A DNA stretch of 64,000 bases, from assembly GCA_944362765.1 (NCBI GenBank), contig CALVTP010000002.1, positions 52,550 through 116,549 on the forward strand, read 5' to 3'. The notes beneath the pieces were generated by a model. It was given only the letters and a program-made list of their open reading frames with translations. It was not told where the DNA came from and searched no databases. This document shows, piece by piece, positions 9,001-15,320 of the stretch (position 1 is its first letter; every line of letters starts with the position of its first letter). Both the position numbers and the translations under genes were made by a program. This DNA is from an uncultured Clostridia bacterium (GTDB lineage: Bacteria; Bacillota; Clostridia; Christensenellales; DTU072).

Positions 9001-11248
9001 CCCGATAGAGACTTACGTCTATACCTCCGTCCAGGATGCCTCGGCGGCATTGGTCGACGTTTCCTACCTTGACGGCGTTCCGTATGTTGAAGTGCCTTTG
9101 GGTACCCGTTTAACGGCGGATTTGTTACCCAAAGCGTCGGGTATGTCGATAACTCCGCTTTGGGATATGTCCGATGTCAACCATAATCAAGCAGGCACGT
9201 ACGAAGCAAGATATTCTTATGTGAACGTCTACAACGAGACGCTCGTGGGAGTATTGAGGATAATAATCAATCGCCGTACCGTAGGCGAGGAGATGATCAA
9301 TATCACCCCGGTGGTTGGTCTGGATCCCGAAAACTTCCTTGAACACAGCTATGCGGAAGGCGCACTCGATATCGAAAAATATATCGTGATCAACGAAACA
9401 TTCCTGCGCGCCGACGGCTCGCTCGGACTGCCTGAAGGCTACATCGTGCATTACTCGATAAACGACGGCACCACCTGGCAAAACGAACAGCCGATAAACG
9501 TGGGAGAATACCTTGTCAGGATCACCGTCAACGATTATAACTACGAAGGCTACCTGATATTCGAAATGCTTATTACGGAAGCCAACGTCTACCTCGAAGA
9601 CAACATTGACTTCGTTGACGAAACGGGCGGAGTCGAAATCGAAAGCAGCGGCAAATGGGAATACGTTTACGACGGCGCGGGGCACGCACCCGTGGCGGCG
9701 GGCATTCCCGAGGGATTGCAAAGAGAGACGCTCTTTGCCGCTTACGATCCCTCGCTGTCCATAGCGGGTCACAACTTTACGTCGGCTGCACTTCCGAGAG
9801 CTGCGGGCTCGTACGTTATGCGCGTGGCGTTCAATGCGGAGCAGAATAATTACAACATCGTAGGTTCCGAGACCGTGTTCTACGTCAGGATCGACATCCG
9901 CAAGGCGACGATTGACGGTGTGACGGTGGTAAGTGAACTTGAATATAACGGTACCGAGCGCGACGCCGTTATCGAAGGGCTGCCGCAGGGAGTCAATTCC
10001 GTAGTTTATGTCTATTACGACGAAGCCGGCAATAAATTGGACGGAAAACCGAGAAATGTCGGAAAATATGGCGTCGATATCACGATAAACGGCGGCAACA
10101 ACTATACCGATTACAGCATATCGGACGCAACGTTCCGGATATACGCGAGGGAAATAATAATAAGTATCGGCAGAATACGTAGCGAATATTTAAGCGAGAT
10201 CCTGCCGTACGACTCCGAACTCAGCATTTTATATGCGGGCGACGAATCGCTCCCCGGCTTGGTCGGCGATGAACTGAATATGGTCAACGCGCCCGACGGC
10301 GCGCCGGCGGGGTATGTGGGAACGGCGTTCTCGTCGATTTTCCCGGGAATGGCGATAAAGCCGTTGGACGAGAGCGGCTCTCCGATAGAATTGAACTCCC
10401 TTTATATGATAGGCGAGTATCCTCTCGGAATGGTGGGCAATTGGATCAACACCAACTACGACTATGAATTGAGGCAGGTTGACGGCTCAAGAAGCGGCGT
10501 ATACGAGATAGCCGCGGTGCTTGCGGGTTCCGCGGTCGTCCGCAACAGGAAGGAACTCGAGACATATCTCACAAGGCTCCACCAGGGAACGCTGACTACC
10601 GGCTCTACGGCAAGGCTCTATCTGATGCCGGGCGAGTATGGCACGATAACCGTCAACGGTTCCGTCAACGTATCGATAATCGGCTCCTACGAATTCGACG
10701 AAAACGGCGAACCGCAGATTGCGGTCTCCTTCGAGAAGATAATCGTCGAAAGCGGCACGGCGCTCCTGGACATTCTGAGTTTCACGGCAAAGGAAGGCGC
10801 CGACAGCGTCTATGTCGGGAAGAACGCTTCCGTCACGATAAGCCGCTCGCAGTTCTTCAACGGCAGCAGCGGCAAGCTCCCCAACTCGACGGCGATACGC
10901 GTCGTCGACGGCAGGACGGGCACGTTGTTGGTTTCGTCAATCGAGGTGCGCGGTTACGGCACGGCTATACAGGTGGATTCCGGAAATATTCAGATTTCCG
11001 ATTCGTCGATAACCAACTGCGTGTCGGGTATCATTTCGCTGAAAGGTTCGGTTTCGGTCAGCGATACGAAGTTTATAAGCAACATTCTGGCGCTGAGTAT
11101 AGGTATGTCCGAGGACACCCCGGTAATTTCCGGCGCGGAGTTTGCAAATAACAACGTGGCTATCGAGACCCGCGTGCCGCTCAGAAAAGACTACGACGCG
11201 CAGAACATCTTCCTCAGGAACGTTACCGACGTCATAGAAAACTTCTGA
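2..11248 (+). CDS. Giant acidic surface/secreted repeat protein, probably 5'-truncated by the window edge (at least 3,742 aa). It carries Ig-like (Big_4-like) repeats, MBG/YDG-type repeats and a C-terminal parallel beta-helix.
   Basis: Uninterrupted ORF 20-11248. The frame stays open back to nt 2 (ETEISA precedes the first M), so the gene probably starts upstream of the window. A recurrent LPxxVxVxY....V.W pattern appears (LPDTVYIEAVY..YPVEWEAD, LPDSIVVQFAN..IEWL, FPTEITVYFG..VEWTW). The N-terminal segment FIYYDAHNLYYSLGGERGRFENF resembles the first module of the 34039-62940 protein. A rho-independent terminator follows the stop. Confidence 0.85.
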   Translation, partial: ETEISAMQEGTRNVTSEYTYKAGGVNIGIRYEANYAVGRDVDSEIMLLFHNYNTSEDVMFIYYDAHNLYYSLGGERGRFENFRLNSGFDVFFDAITSLDMQRVLYSEEFAEDIESLSTMAESTKITLVPTEREGAAGTVKGETVTVSDINLDTLRNTVNDFLEDIHSLAGSSVDALTDEFLGFKFSDMTSLQVGQFTATRFMTVNDVVDGNYINRGFDITFEGDQDNDITQLDSYRFDISYTRSDSAGSIDIPDGVNPDNNNDYLDENAGESYMTGILKLPFTETEFTVDFRSYIDLDDNALNLIAFNVYREKGAYDENGSPTTEREKMFGIYMDEGVLYFDFEGLIENYLRSHTVSSDGSVSYGDYLMDFDKLGLPKATLGDEENPFDLTDTLNSVIRKAMSALSEGIDGLIDGFTSALPDDGETTEEPSEQSIDWVTVFSKIESQKEEYNSGDYRYKDAYVLRVTIDSEFLEAVFGEDLQTMLTDYASELGFDRDIVEKIVSLGLLDDLKLIVEYRHHLGELGLKLMNGDDEKPLFDLKLYMTEATDDELDSDGRLVIETPADTGEIVFYNKLTLPEHYGASFGAEITFTENTDISPFLGIMVGDVTGANTPFELSNSDKLVLRGDVWEYESEIYGDVTISYLSASTGDETALARLTLGNYDPEYAYVRLTIPGRDEMRYRLTRRVVFDSFTELTGEEFDYDSLIDLVYAVLGAATVTLEGSTLGAKLISTESDTVLNDFFEAEFTADANLSFFFELPYATEAEYVNEFDPVDYPVPSVQILGKGGEPMEEDSIVPFHSIYEAHWYNRAQVTIGDKTYEMAISYTEESTTPVAGKTEYRPVSLLMGADVGYIMRLLDEDGGKLVSGMYGDYATYWEIDPTTETPFPDEVPVVYTDGTTGNKSYVIKDDSGKDIAITNENIRQYLDGVPAKYYTVVIGEGSIAETSYRIRLEILPGRLVGYTENADGVPIVASVTIDPLEYGAAVMSDPDYDPLRYDSTGRTSITLRFGGAGSAEREVTVENSELNWDTKELKVTFSAAEWVFYGKYNGTVDIAVAVTVEPKEDPEISITGESLGVYTVDSLRPETYRIPTTTDEANEVRIYFESDHYRIVGNEADYLRIYGALPDSDYFDGFYESELIWSYSVATLTPIDGTTRPLAGGDAGTTVAEFGYEGSIGLKTLTLSVNCPSRDVEYRYGGSAYDVGNRENGAMIHVAAFTAYGDADTETFAYSPYAETVMLPDTVYIEAVYREAGRPRMIGYPVEWEADDGIVTEDGLVTARRGTRTEFVVVGKIGGSDIYDYAPVLELNMLVTNESGEYESVEFRGGTVTVENYTVNGMNPYDLLSYEENGEVFYRLPTEVVLNFAEESGLEQAEYPAEWFFVRATDSGMTEGVHYGAIDSEAASAAGRIYADNFITSPAGGSFVFAMETAEGEGILSQRIEITVSFESVAVVTDYIYGIGNGDEEIDTYAPYSKQLLEKLETAAGNGYTDRTEIGFTTADMALSEVDVLWNKEKLDAFIAALKSPFGGTRELAGTVYAGTILEADISQTFIVSDNTITSDLGFINHRTDVSRLVAEEPSEDGTLNYTLTVERIYALTADGAFATPYDYIEYLLSNVEFTIGDTPYLAIAEYSVDGEDFNNRAYQRAGTVYPEGEAPVGGIVAVNFYVTNLYGAGSCVQPMNIRAVFHKSVVPSHATTITESLETYSEDGAPLYGSGYTLPDTFVVTFAYTISSESSNTVEYTVPISGLNWIAQGTFTTDDGEVAIRQGDEVTVIPSSLMDFNGSATIILSTLIPDGFTQLGRQITIRPKMITNDGETYRYNAAATAEKGFTVETGYINIPNIFAVYSLLDSLQDDNFEKLLPTVIQPQSHNGFTTDYALINFPLTSEGWTPAEDFADGSGGFVDAGELKNILTSKGYEGLLATGEISGYGGETQTVKLFVRVTPLSSPAIVPVNLTDSGFDSEHRQHLTLDPYGAYSDASGEYKLTYTPTILFGGSVEHTFTRGDIVYKDKNGDSIFRINYNAYGNESQDITIVLPDGTSFVVTVDFIDRELGEGSHIKYTTTANAGTQSAIFTGKYYIDPYDSSTYTLPTTADFYFGDGITPLTNYSTGTWRLKEGASEIFASGKYLGGYHPGTYTFEGNLPKRGEGDKSGGSTFTLTVYVLEREYAGEESFEFTFDGNEGRPDPFTALVSDLDVDVEITNTEDGVYEDYYKELTPVEPDVLWKKKKGGAALTDNDLQIFGGYDYELTGSIGYGVGSERSAVEDVGGRVTAPKISFDAIGRSVDGNFEVGANNLVFEFNPFTFECMESEFTVRFKTTKGDNIDVTFTEEGVIGGDASGKAVAAVLIWDEQWKKDIQGSAEESQGYYRIILSNRNKDGGTYSPAINYQYITRQISIDEIDLGYGQAGTGEVELVIDPLNPVIPVSAEAFGRVQGSASGTGELYSVGQVAITWVDNADGTSVYDRPIGGGERTFTINVVTTEGYVEQEDIFNIKVIYLNRIPTVFATTNGNYSTAQMEAGAYPLMKNTGGAREYYFNIDPTNQYLFVSDLSDSNTRYLSEDNKTYIKSKYLLPDSIVVQFANAYSAGSTAGEALEKLGETITLTDIEWLIVRDCDPDTPDRYRDITLAGTDVLGEITAKPRAFRISYRTGTGEEVVTEKFDYFGNDSFLSTLYQLVLETPDRQVARTSISEATLTNEGLYYQRAGDEWYIDPYDISFPTEITVYFGFGAGGAGYSRTYTNVEWTWEEEYLEDPSVVTGLEGGQPLPDDSILHRVEAFMEIYGTTLMVSFPVRHRYIEETKIETPEGATTNPMNGGTIYVLQGIPLAEQLPDRLYYEFEYEDGAEIAGVPLQFEASEIERLSTAEAGTVHSGVRGQLGINKGNIVFTIVVVDPKLYSVEETTESGAAVYKDGAFLFDKIPIAVTITGAYLPGPEQDLLPKRIVLDDVGGGAYWDIDSIDFVTQTSAPYAVVNASYGFASSTDNDRLYGDIDGSRKLKISFTIPIETYVYTSVQDASAALVDVSYLDGVPYVEVPLGTRLTADLLPKASGMSITPLWDMSDVNHNQAGTYEARYSYVNVYNETLVGVLRIIINRRTVGEEMINITPVVGLDPENFLEHSYAEGALDIEKYIVINETFLRADGSLGLPEGYIVHYSINDGTTWQNEQPINVGEYLVRITVNDYNYEGYLIFEMLITEANVYLEDNIDFVDETGGVEIESSGKWEYVYDGAGHAPVAAGIPEGLQRETLFAAYDPSLSIAGHNFTSAALPRAAGSYVMRVAFNAEQNNYNIVGSETVFYVRIDIRKATIDGVTVVSELEYNGTERDAVIEGLPQGVNSVVYVYYDEAGNKLDGKPRNVGKYGVDITINGGNNYTDYSISDATFRIYAREIIISIGRIRSEYLSEILPYDSELSILYAGDESLPGLVGDELNMVNAPDGAPAGYVGTAFSSIFPGMAIKPLDESGSPIELNSLYMIGEYPLGMVGNWINTNYDYELRQVDGSRSGVYEIAAVLAGSAVVRNRKELETYLTRLHQGTLTTGSTARLYLMPGEYGTITVNGSVNVSIIGSYEFDENGEPQIAVSFEKIIVESGTALLDILSFTAKEGADSVYVGKNASVTISRSQFFNGSSGKLPNSTAIRVVDGRTGTLLVSSIEVRGYGTAIQVDSGNIQISDSSITNCVSGIISLKGSVSVSDTKFISNILALSIGMSEDTPVISGAEFANNNVAIETRVPLRKDYDAQNIFLRNVTDVIENF
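9299..10165 (+). other. MBG/YDG-type repeat region inside giant protein 1 (about 3 repeats)
   Basis: Repeats show the YDG...G.Y......NY......I..A signature: YVYDGAGHAPV..AGSYVMRVAFNAEQNNYNIVGSETVFYVRIDIRKATI; LEYNGTERDAV..VGKYGVDITINGGNNYTDYSISDATFRIYAREI; VGEYLVRITVNDYNYEGYLIFEMLITEANV. Confidence 0.5.
10640..11245 (+). other. C-terminal right-handed parallel beta-helix (PbH1-like) region of giant protein 1
   Basis: Successive ~22-aa turns: VSSIEVRGYGTAIQVDSGNIQISDSSITNCVSGIISLKGSVSVSDTKFISNILALSIGMSEDTPVISGAEFANNNVAIETR. This is typical of the pectate-lyase/NosD-type fold. Confidence 0.55.
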
Positions 11249-11294
11249 CATAGGGTGGCTTTCGCCAACAGAAGGCGGCTTTGAAGAGTTTAAA

Positions 11295-11321
11295 ATCCGC
11301 ACTTTCGGGTGCGGATTTTTT
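11295..11321 (+). terminator. Rho-independent terminator downstream of giant gene 1
   Basis: Stem ATCCGCAC (11295-11302), loop TTTCGG, stem GTGCGGAT (11309-11316), followed by a T-run. Confidence 0.75.
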
Positions 11322-11382
11322 ATGGTCGGGAGAAGCCTTGCGGTGCCCCGAGCGGGGCAGTCGCAATTTGCCGCATATTTAG

Positions 11383-11411
11383 TTGACTTGCCGGGAATAT
11401 TCAAGTATAAT
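11383..11411 (+). promoter_or_regulatory. Sigma-A-type promoter of the rpmH operon
   Basis: TTGACT (11383-11388), 17-bp spacer, TATAAT (11406-11411). It lies about 75 nt upstream of the rpmH ATG. Confidence 0.65.
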
Positions 11412-11485
11412 ATTTTAGCGCGAGTCCGGATATTTAAATTCAGACTTAATTATAAATATTACTCTTATACAGGAGACGCATAGCA

Positions 11486-11620
11486 ATGAAAAGAACCTAT
11501 CAACCCAAAAAAAGGCACAAGAAAAAAGTGCACGGTTTCCGTGAAAGAATGAGCTCTAAGGGCGGCAGGAACGTCCTTTCCCGTCGCAGAAGAAAGGGCA
11601 GAGCCAACCTTTCCGCCTAA
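11486..11620 (+). CDS. rpmH: 50S ribosomal protein L34
   Basis: A 44-aa ORF absent from the ORF track because it is shorter than 60 aa: [52 protein letters not shown] lies upstream. It sits in the canonical position before rnpA. Confidence 0.95.
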   Translation: MKRTYQPKKRHKKKVHGFRERMSSKGGRNVLSRRRRKGRANLSA

Positions 11621-11625
11621 GCGCG

Positions 11626-11967
11626 ATGCAGGCTCGTTACCGCCTCAGGAAAAACGGCAGCTTCCAATACATCTACCGCAACGGTACCGCGGTCCGCGGA
11701 GAGCTGATGACGATGATTTTCGTTGCGGCACGCGGCATAAAATTGGGAGTTTCCGTTTCCAAAAAGGTGGGAAAGAGCGTCGTCCGCAACCTTGTCAAGC
11801 GTCGGATAAACCATGCTTTTTCTGCTTTTATCCCGCTTCTGAAAGGTGAACACAACTACGTTTTGGTGGCGCACGAAAGTATTGCCAAGGGAAGTTTCAA
11901 CGACATTTCTTCGGAGATTCGGGCGCTTTTGAAACGCGCGGGGCATTTATCGGAGGAGAAGGTTTGA
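11626..11967 (+). CDS. rnpA: Ribonuclease P protein component
   Basis: 113 aa. Contains the KLGVSVSKKVGKSVVRNLVKRRI motif typical of RnpA. Lies directly after rpmH. Confidence 0.9.
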   Translation: MQARYRLRKNGSFQYIYRNGTAVRGELMTMIFVAARGIKLGVSVSKKVGKSVVRNLVKRRINHAFSAFIPLLKGEHNYVLVAHESIAKGSFNDISSEIRALLKRAGHLSEEKV

Positions 11968-12209
11968 TAAAAGCCGTCTGCAAAGCGCTGATCTTAGGAT
12001 ACAAAAAAGTGCTTTCGCCGATAATGGGCAGGGGCTGTATTTACACTCCGACCTGTTCGATGTACACTCTGGACGCCATAATGAAATACGGCGTTTTAAG
12101 AGGAATATTGATGGGCGCGGGGCGGATAATGCGCTGCACTCCCTTTCATAAGGGCGGGTTCGACCCCGTAAAAGAAAACTTCAAAGGAGCCGCAAAATGG
12201 ACGTTATGA
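11964..12209 (+). CDS. yidD: Membrane protein insertion efficiency factor YidD
   Basis: 81 aa with the ...YKKVLSP....CIYTPTCSMY...A....G...G......RI.RC.PF..GG.DPV signature. The TTG start overlaps the rnpA stop and GGAGGAG lies upstream. Confidence 0.85.
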   Translation: MIKAVCKALILGYKKVLSPIMGRGCIYTPTCSMYTLDAIMKYGVLRGILMGAGRIMRCTPFHKGGFDPVKENFKGAAKWTL

Positions 12210-13267
12210 GTCTGGCAACGGAATTAAACCTTGTCGGAAAACTTGTATACAACGTACTCTACAAATGGGTCGCAGGCTGGGGGATAGATTCCGAGCTTAT
12301 CGGCGCTTTCGGAGTGACGGTCATACTTTTCACGGTATTTTTGACGATTCTGACGCTGCCTCTCGATATCTGGCAGAAGATGATAACAAGGAGCAATTCC
12401 CGCAAAATGCGCGTCATGAAGCCGGAACTGGACAAAATCAACAAGCTCTACGCCCAGGATCGCAACACGCTGATGTTAAAGCAGCGCGAACTTTATAAAA
12501 AATACAAGTACTCCACCTTCAAAACCTGCCTTCCGATGCTGGCGACCTTCATTATCTTCATGGTCGTCTTCTCGGGGTTCAACTCCGCCGTCAGGTATCA
12601 TAATTCCGTCGTTTACGAGGAATTAAAAACCGTTTACAACGAAACTTACGAAGAGGCATATATCGAAGCCGACGGCGATGGACTTTCCGCCGTCGATGCC
12701 GACAAAGCCGCCACCGAAGCCGCCGAACAGGCTGTGCTTCAGGCATACAAACCCGAAAGCTTCCTTCTCACCACTTCTATATTCATGCCGGATACCTGGG
12801 AAGATCCCATCCCCGACGCCGCGACGTTTACGGGAACGGGGCTCGGCAGTATCGGCGTACCCGGTACCGACGCGAGGGAATATAACGACGTCATGAAACC
12901 GTTGATAGAGAAGTACAACTACACCGATTCCGGTAAATCCGCCTGGAACGGCTACCTGATACTTCCCGTGTTGGTGACGGCTCTCAGTATAATTTCCTCC
13001 AAACTCATCAAGCCGCCGGAACAGCCGCAGGTCGCGGGTCAGACCGACGAGCAGCAAAAAGCCCAGCAGTCGCAAATGAAGATGATGACCTACATCATGC
13101 CGGTGATAATGGGTATCTTCTCGCTGTTTTACAGCGCGGCGTTCTCGCTTTATATGTTCCTGAGAAGCTTTCTGTCCTTTGCCTTCAACCTTACCTGGAA
13201 CATCGTCCTGAAAAAGCGCGACGCCAAACAACTCGATTATGAAATGTCCGTTACCGTCAAAAAGTAA
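12197..13267 (+). CDS. yidC: YidC/Oxa1-family membrane protein insertase
   Basis: 356 aa, multi-pass hydrophobic. Motifs: PLDIWQKM..MRVMKPELDKINKLY; KYKYSTFKTCLPMLATFIIF. Synteny rnpA-yidD-yidC-jag. Confidence 0.9.
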   Translation: MDVMSLATELNLVGKLVYNVLYKWVAGWGIDSELIGAFGVTVILFTVFLTILTLPLDIWQKMITRSNSRKMRVMKPELDKINKLYAQDRNTLMLKQRELYKKYKYSTFKTCLPMLATFIIFMVVFSGFNSAVRYHNSVVYEELKTVYNETYEEAYIEADGDGLSAVDADKAATEAAEQAVLQAYKPESFLLTTSIFMPDTWEDPIPDAATFTGTGLGSIGVPGTDAREYNDVMKPLIEKYNYTDSGKSAWNGYLILPVLVTALSIISSKLIKPPEQPQVAGQTDEQQKAQQSQMKMMTYIMPVIMGIFSLFYSAAFSLYMFLRSFLSFAFNLTWNIVLKKRDAKQLDYEMSVTVKK

Positions 13268-13281
13268 CGCGGAGTAAAAGC

Positions 13282-13977
13282 ATGAACGACAACTACGAAA
13301 ACAATAATTTTTCCGACATCACGGAAGAGGGAGCGATCGCTCCCGGTGAGGAAGTTTCTTTTTCGGACGAAGCCAAGCCTTCGGAAGAAGAATGCATCCG
13401 CGCCGAAGCGCGCGTTACCGACTTCATAAACGGGCTTTTGGAGCATATGCGCCTCAGCGCCGACGCCGAAATCACCCGTGAAAACGAACATATCCGCATC
13501 AGGATCTCCGGTAAGGACGCGGGCGCCGTCATCGGTTACCGCGGCGAAGTGCTGGACGCCGTGCAATACCTCTCTCTCTGGATAGCCAACAAGTCCGTCA
13601 AGGAGTTCATCCGCGTATCCATAGACGCCGAAGGCTACCGCAAAAGAAGGAGCGATACCTTGAAAAATCTCGCCGAAAGGCTGGCAAGAAAGGCAGTTCG
13701 CACCGGAAGAAGGGAGATCTTGGAGCCGATGAATCCCTTCGACAGAAGGATAATTCACACCACGCTTGCAGACGTTGACGGAGTGGAGACGGTTTCCAAA
13801 GGCGAAGGCAAAGACCGCCACGTCGTCATTATTCCGAAGGCGGAGCGCTCCTTCGTCAAGCCGAAATCGGGCATCACCGAGGTCACCGACAGGCGCTACG
13901 GCACATCTTCTTCCTTCCGCCACAAAGGTGCGGGCAGGGGGAAAAGCTACGGCGTGCCCCGCAAAAAGCCCTTTTAA
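13282..13977 (+). CDS. jag: Jag/KhpB RNA-binding protein (KH + R3H domains)
   Basis: 231 aa. KH-like IRISGKDAGAVIGYRGEVLDAVQYL. R3H-like LEPMNPFDRRIIHTTLADVDGVETVSKGEGKDRHVVI. Position after yidC. Confidence 0.88.
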   Translation: MNDNYENNNFSDITEEGAIAPGEEVSFSDEAKPSEEECIRAEARVTDFINGLLEHMRLSADAEITRENEHIRIRISGKDAGAVIGYRGEVLDAVQYLSLWIANKSVKEFIRVSIDAEGYRKRRSDTLKNLAERLARKAVRTGRREILEPMNPFDRRIIHTTLADVDGVETVSKGEGKDRHVVIIPKAERSFVKPKSGITEVTDRRYGTSSSFRHKGAGRGKSYGVPRKKPF

Positions 13978-13984
13978 TCCGGTT

Positions 13985-15307
13985 ATGTCCGACGTTATAG
14001 CAGCAATCGCCACGGCTTCGGGAGAGGGAGCCGTCGCAATAGTCAAAATTTCGGGAAGCGGCGCCGACAAAGTGGCGTCGCAGCTCTTTTTCAGGGAAAA
14101 TTTCGAGTTTTCTGCCGCGGAACCCAACAAGTTATACCTCGGCACCGTGCGCGCGGGGAGAGTGGAGGACAAAGCCTTCGCCGTCATCTTCCGCGCCCCG
14201 AAGTCGTATACCGGCGAGGACGTTGTGGAATTGCAGCTCCACGGCGGCAGAGTAGTGGCGGAAGCCGTGTTGGAAGCGGCAGTCTCTTTCGGCGCGAGAC
14301 CCGCTGAGCCCGGTGAGTTCACCAAGCGCGCCTACCTGAACGGAAAAATGTCCCTTTCGGAAGCCGAAGGCGTGGAAGCGATAATCCTTGCCGATTCCGA
14401 GGCGGAAGCCGTCGCCGCATACCGCGCTTTGGGTGGTGAGCTCGACAGAACGATACGCCTGGCGGGAGATATTCTGGTTGAGGCTGCCGCTATGACCGAC
14501 GTCGCTCTGGACTACCCCGAAGAAATGGCGGATGAGGAAAAACCTCAGATTTTAGGCTCCTTAAATGAAGTAAAAGGTATCCTGAACTCGCTTATAGGAA
14601 CCGAGCGCGACAGAAAACTAGTGACGGACGGAATCTCCGTCGTGCTGTCCGGGCTGGTGAACGCCGGGAAGTCTTCGCTGATGAACGCCATTTGCGGTGC
14701 CGAGCGCGCGATAGTCACCGAGTACGCCGGGACGACGAGGGACGTTTTAAGGGAACGACTGGAGATCAACGGTATCAAGGTGACGCTTTCGGACACGGCG
14801 GGCATCCGCGAAGGCGCCGAGGGAGCCGAAAAAATAGGAATAGCTCGGGCGGAAGAAGCCTATAAAGGGGCGGATCTCGTGCTCTTTGTCATGGACGGCA
14901 CCGAGCCCGAGGGCGAAGAGGAAATTGCGCTCTACCGAAAAATATCCGTTAAACCCAATATCAGAGTGCTGAACAAGTCCGACGAGAGCAAGTACCCGCG
15001 CGAGGCGGACATCATCGTTTCGGCGGTGACGGGGGAAAATCTTTCCGCTCTCCGCGAGATGATAGCCGAGAAGGCGGGGCTGAAAAAAGGCATCAACCCT
15101 CCGCTTATAAGGGAGAGGGGACTGCACGCTGCCATCACGGCGCTCAAAGCCGTGGAGGAAGCCATCACGGCGCTGGGGAGGGAGACTCCGGACTGCGTGG
15201 CGGTGGACATCAAGGAGGCGCTCGAAAGACTGTACTCGATTACCGGCGAGGATGCAAAAGAAAGCGTCGTAGAGGAAATTTTCGCCCGGTTTTGCGTAGG
15301 GAAATAG
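13985..15307 (+). CDS. mnmE: tRNA modification GTPase MnmE
   Basis: The N-terminus MSDVIAAIATASGEGAVAIVKISG is the canonical MnmE start. G-domain GLVNAGKSSLMN..DTAGIRE..NKSD and C-terminal CVGK are present. The ORF-track start at 13766 overlaps jag and is an open-frame artefact. Confidence 0.92.
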   Translation: MSDVIAAIATASGEGAVAIVKISGSGADKVASQLFFRENFEFSAAEPNKLYLGTVRAGRVEDKAFAVIFRAPKSYTGEDVVELQLHGGRVVAEAVLEAAVSFGARPAEPGEFTKRAYLNGKMSLSEAEGVEAIILADSEAEAVAAYRALGGELDRTIRLAGDILVEAAAMTDVALDYPEEMADEEKPQILGSLNEVKGILNSLIGTERDRKLVTDGISVVLSGLVNAGKSSLMNAICGAERAIVTEYAGTTRDVLRERLEINGIKVTLSDTAGIREGAEGAEKIGIARAEEAYKGADLVLFVMDGTEPEGEEEIALYRKISVKPNIRVLNKSDESKYPREADIIVSAVTGENLSALREMIAEKAGLKKGINPPLIRERGLHAAITALKAVEEAITALGRETPDCVAVDIKEALERLYSITGEDAKESVVEEIFARFCVGK

Positions 15308-15320
15308 AGGAATTACGACA

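Noticed and set aside
11249-11485. oriC in the region upstream of rpmH.
   Set aside because: There are no DnaA boxes and no AT-rich unwinding element. The upstream neighbour is a co-oriented giant gene that would then run head-on into replication. dnaA is not adjacent.
13766-13984. Upstream extension of the mnmE ORF (track start 13766), which overlaps jag by 212 nt.
   Set aside because: The canonical MnmE N-terminus (MSDVIAAIAT..GEGAV) begins at 13985. The extension is an alternate frame of jag with A/S/R-rich composition.
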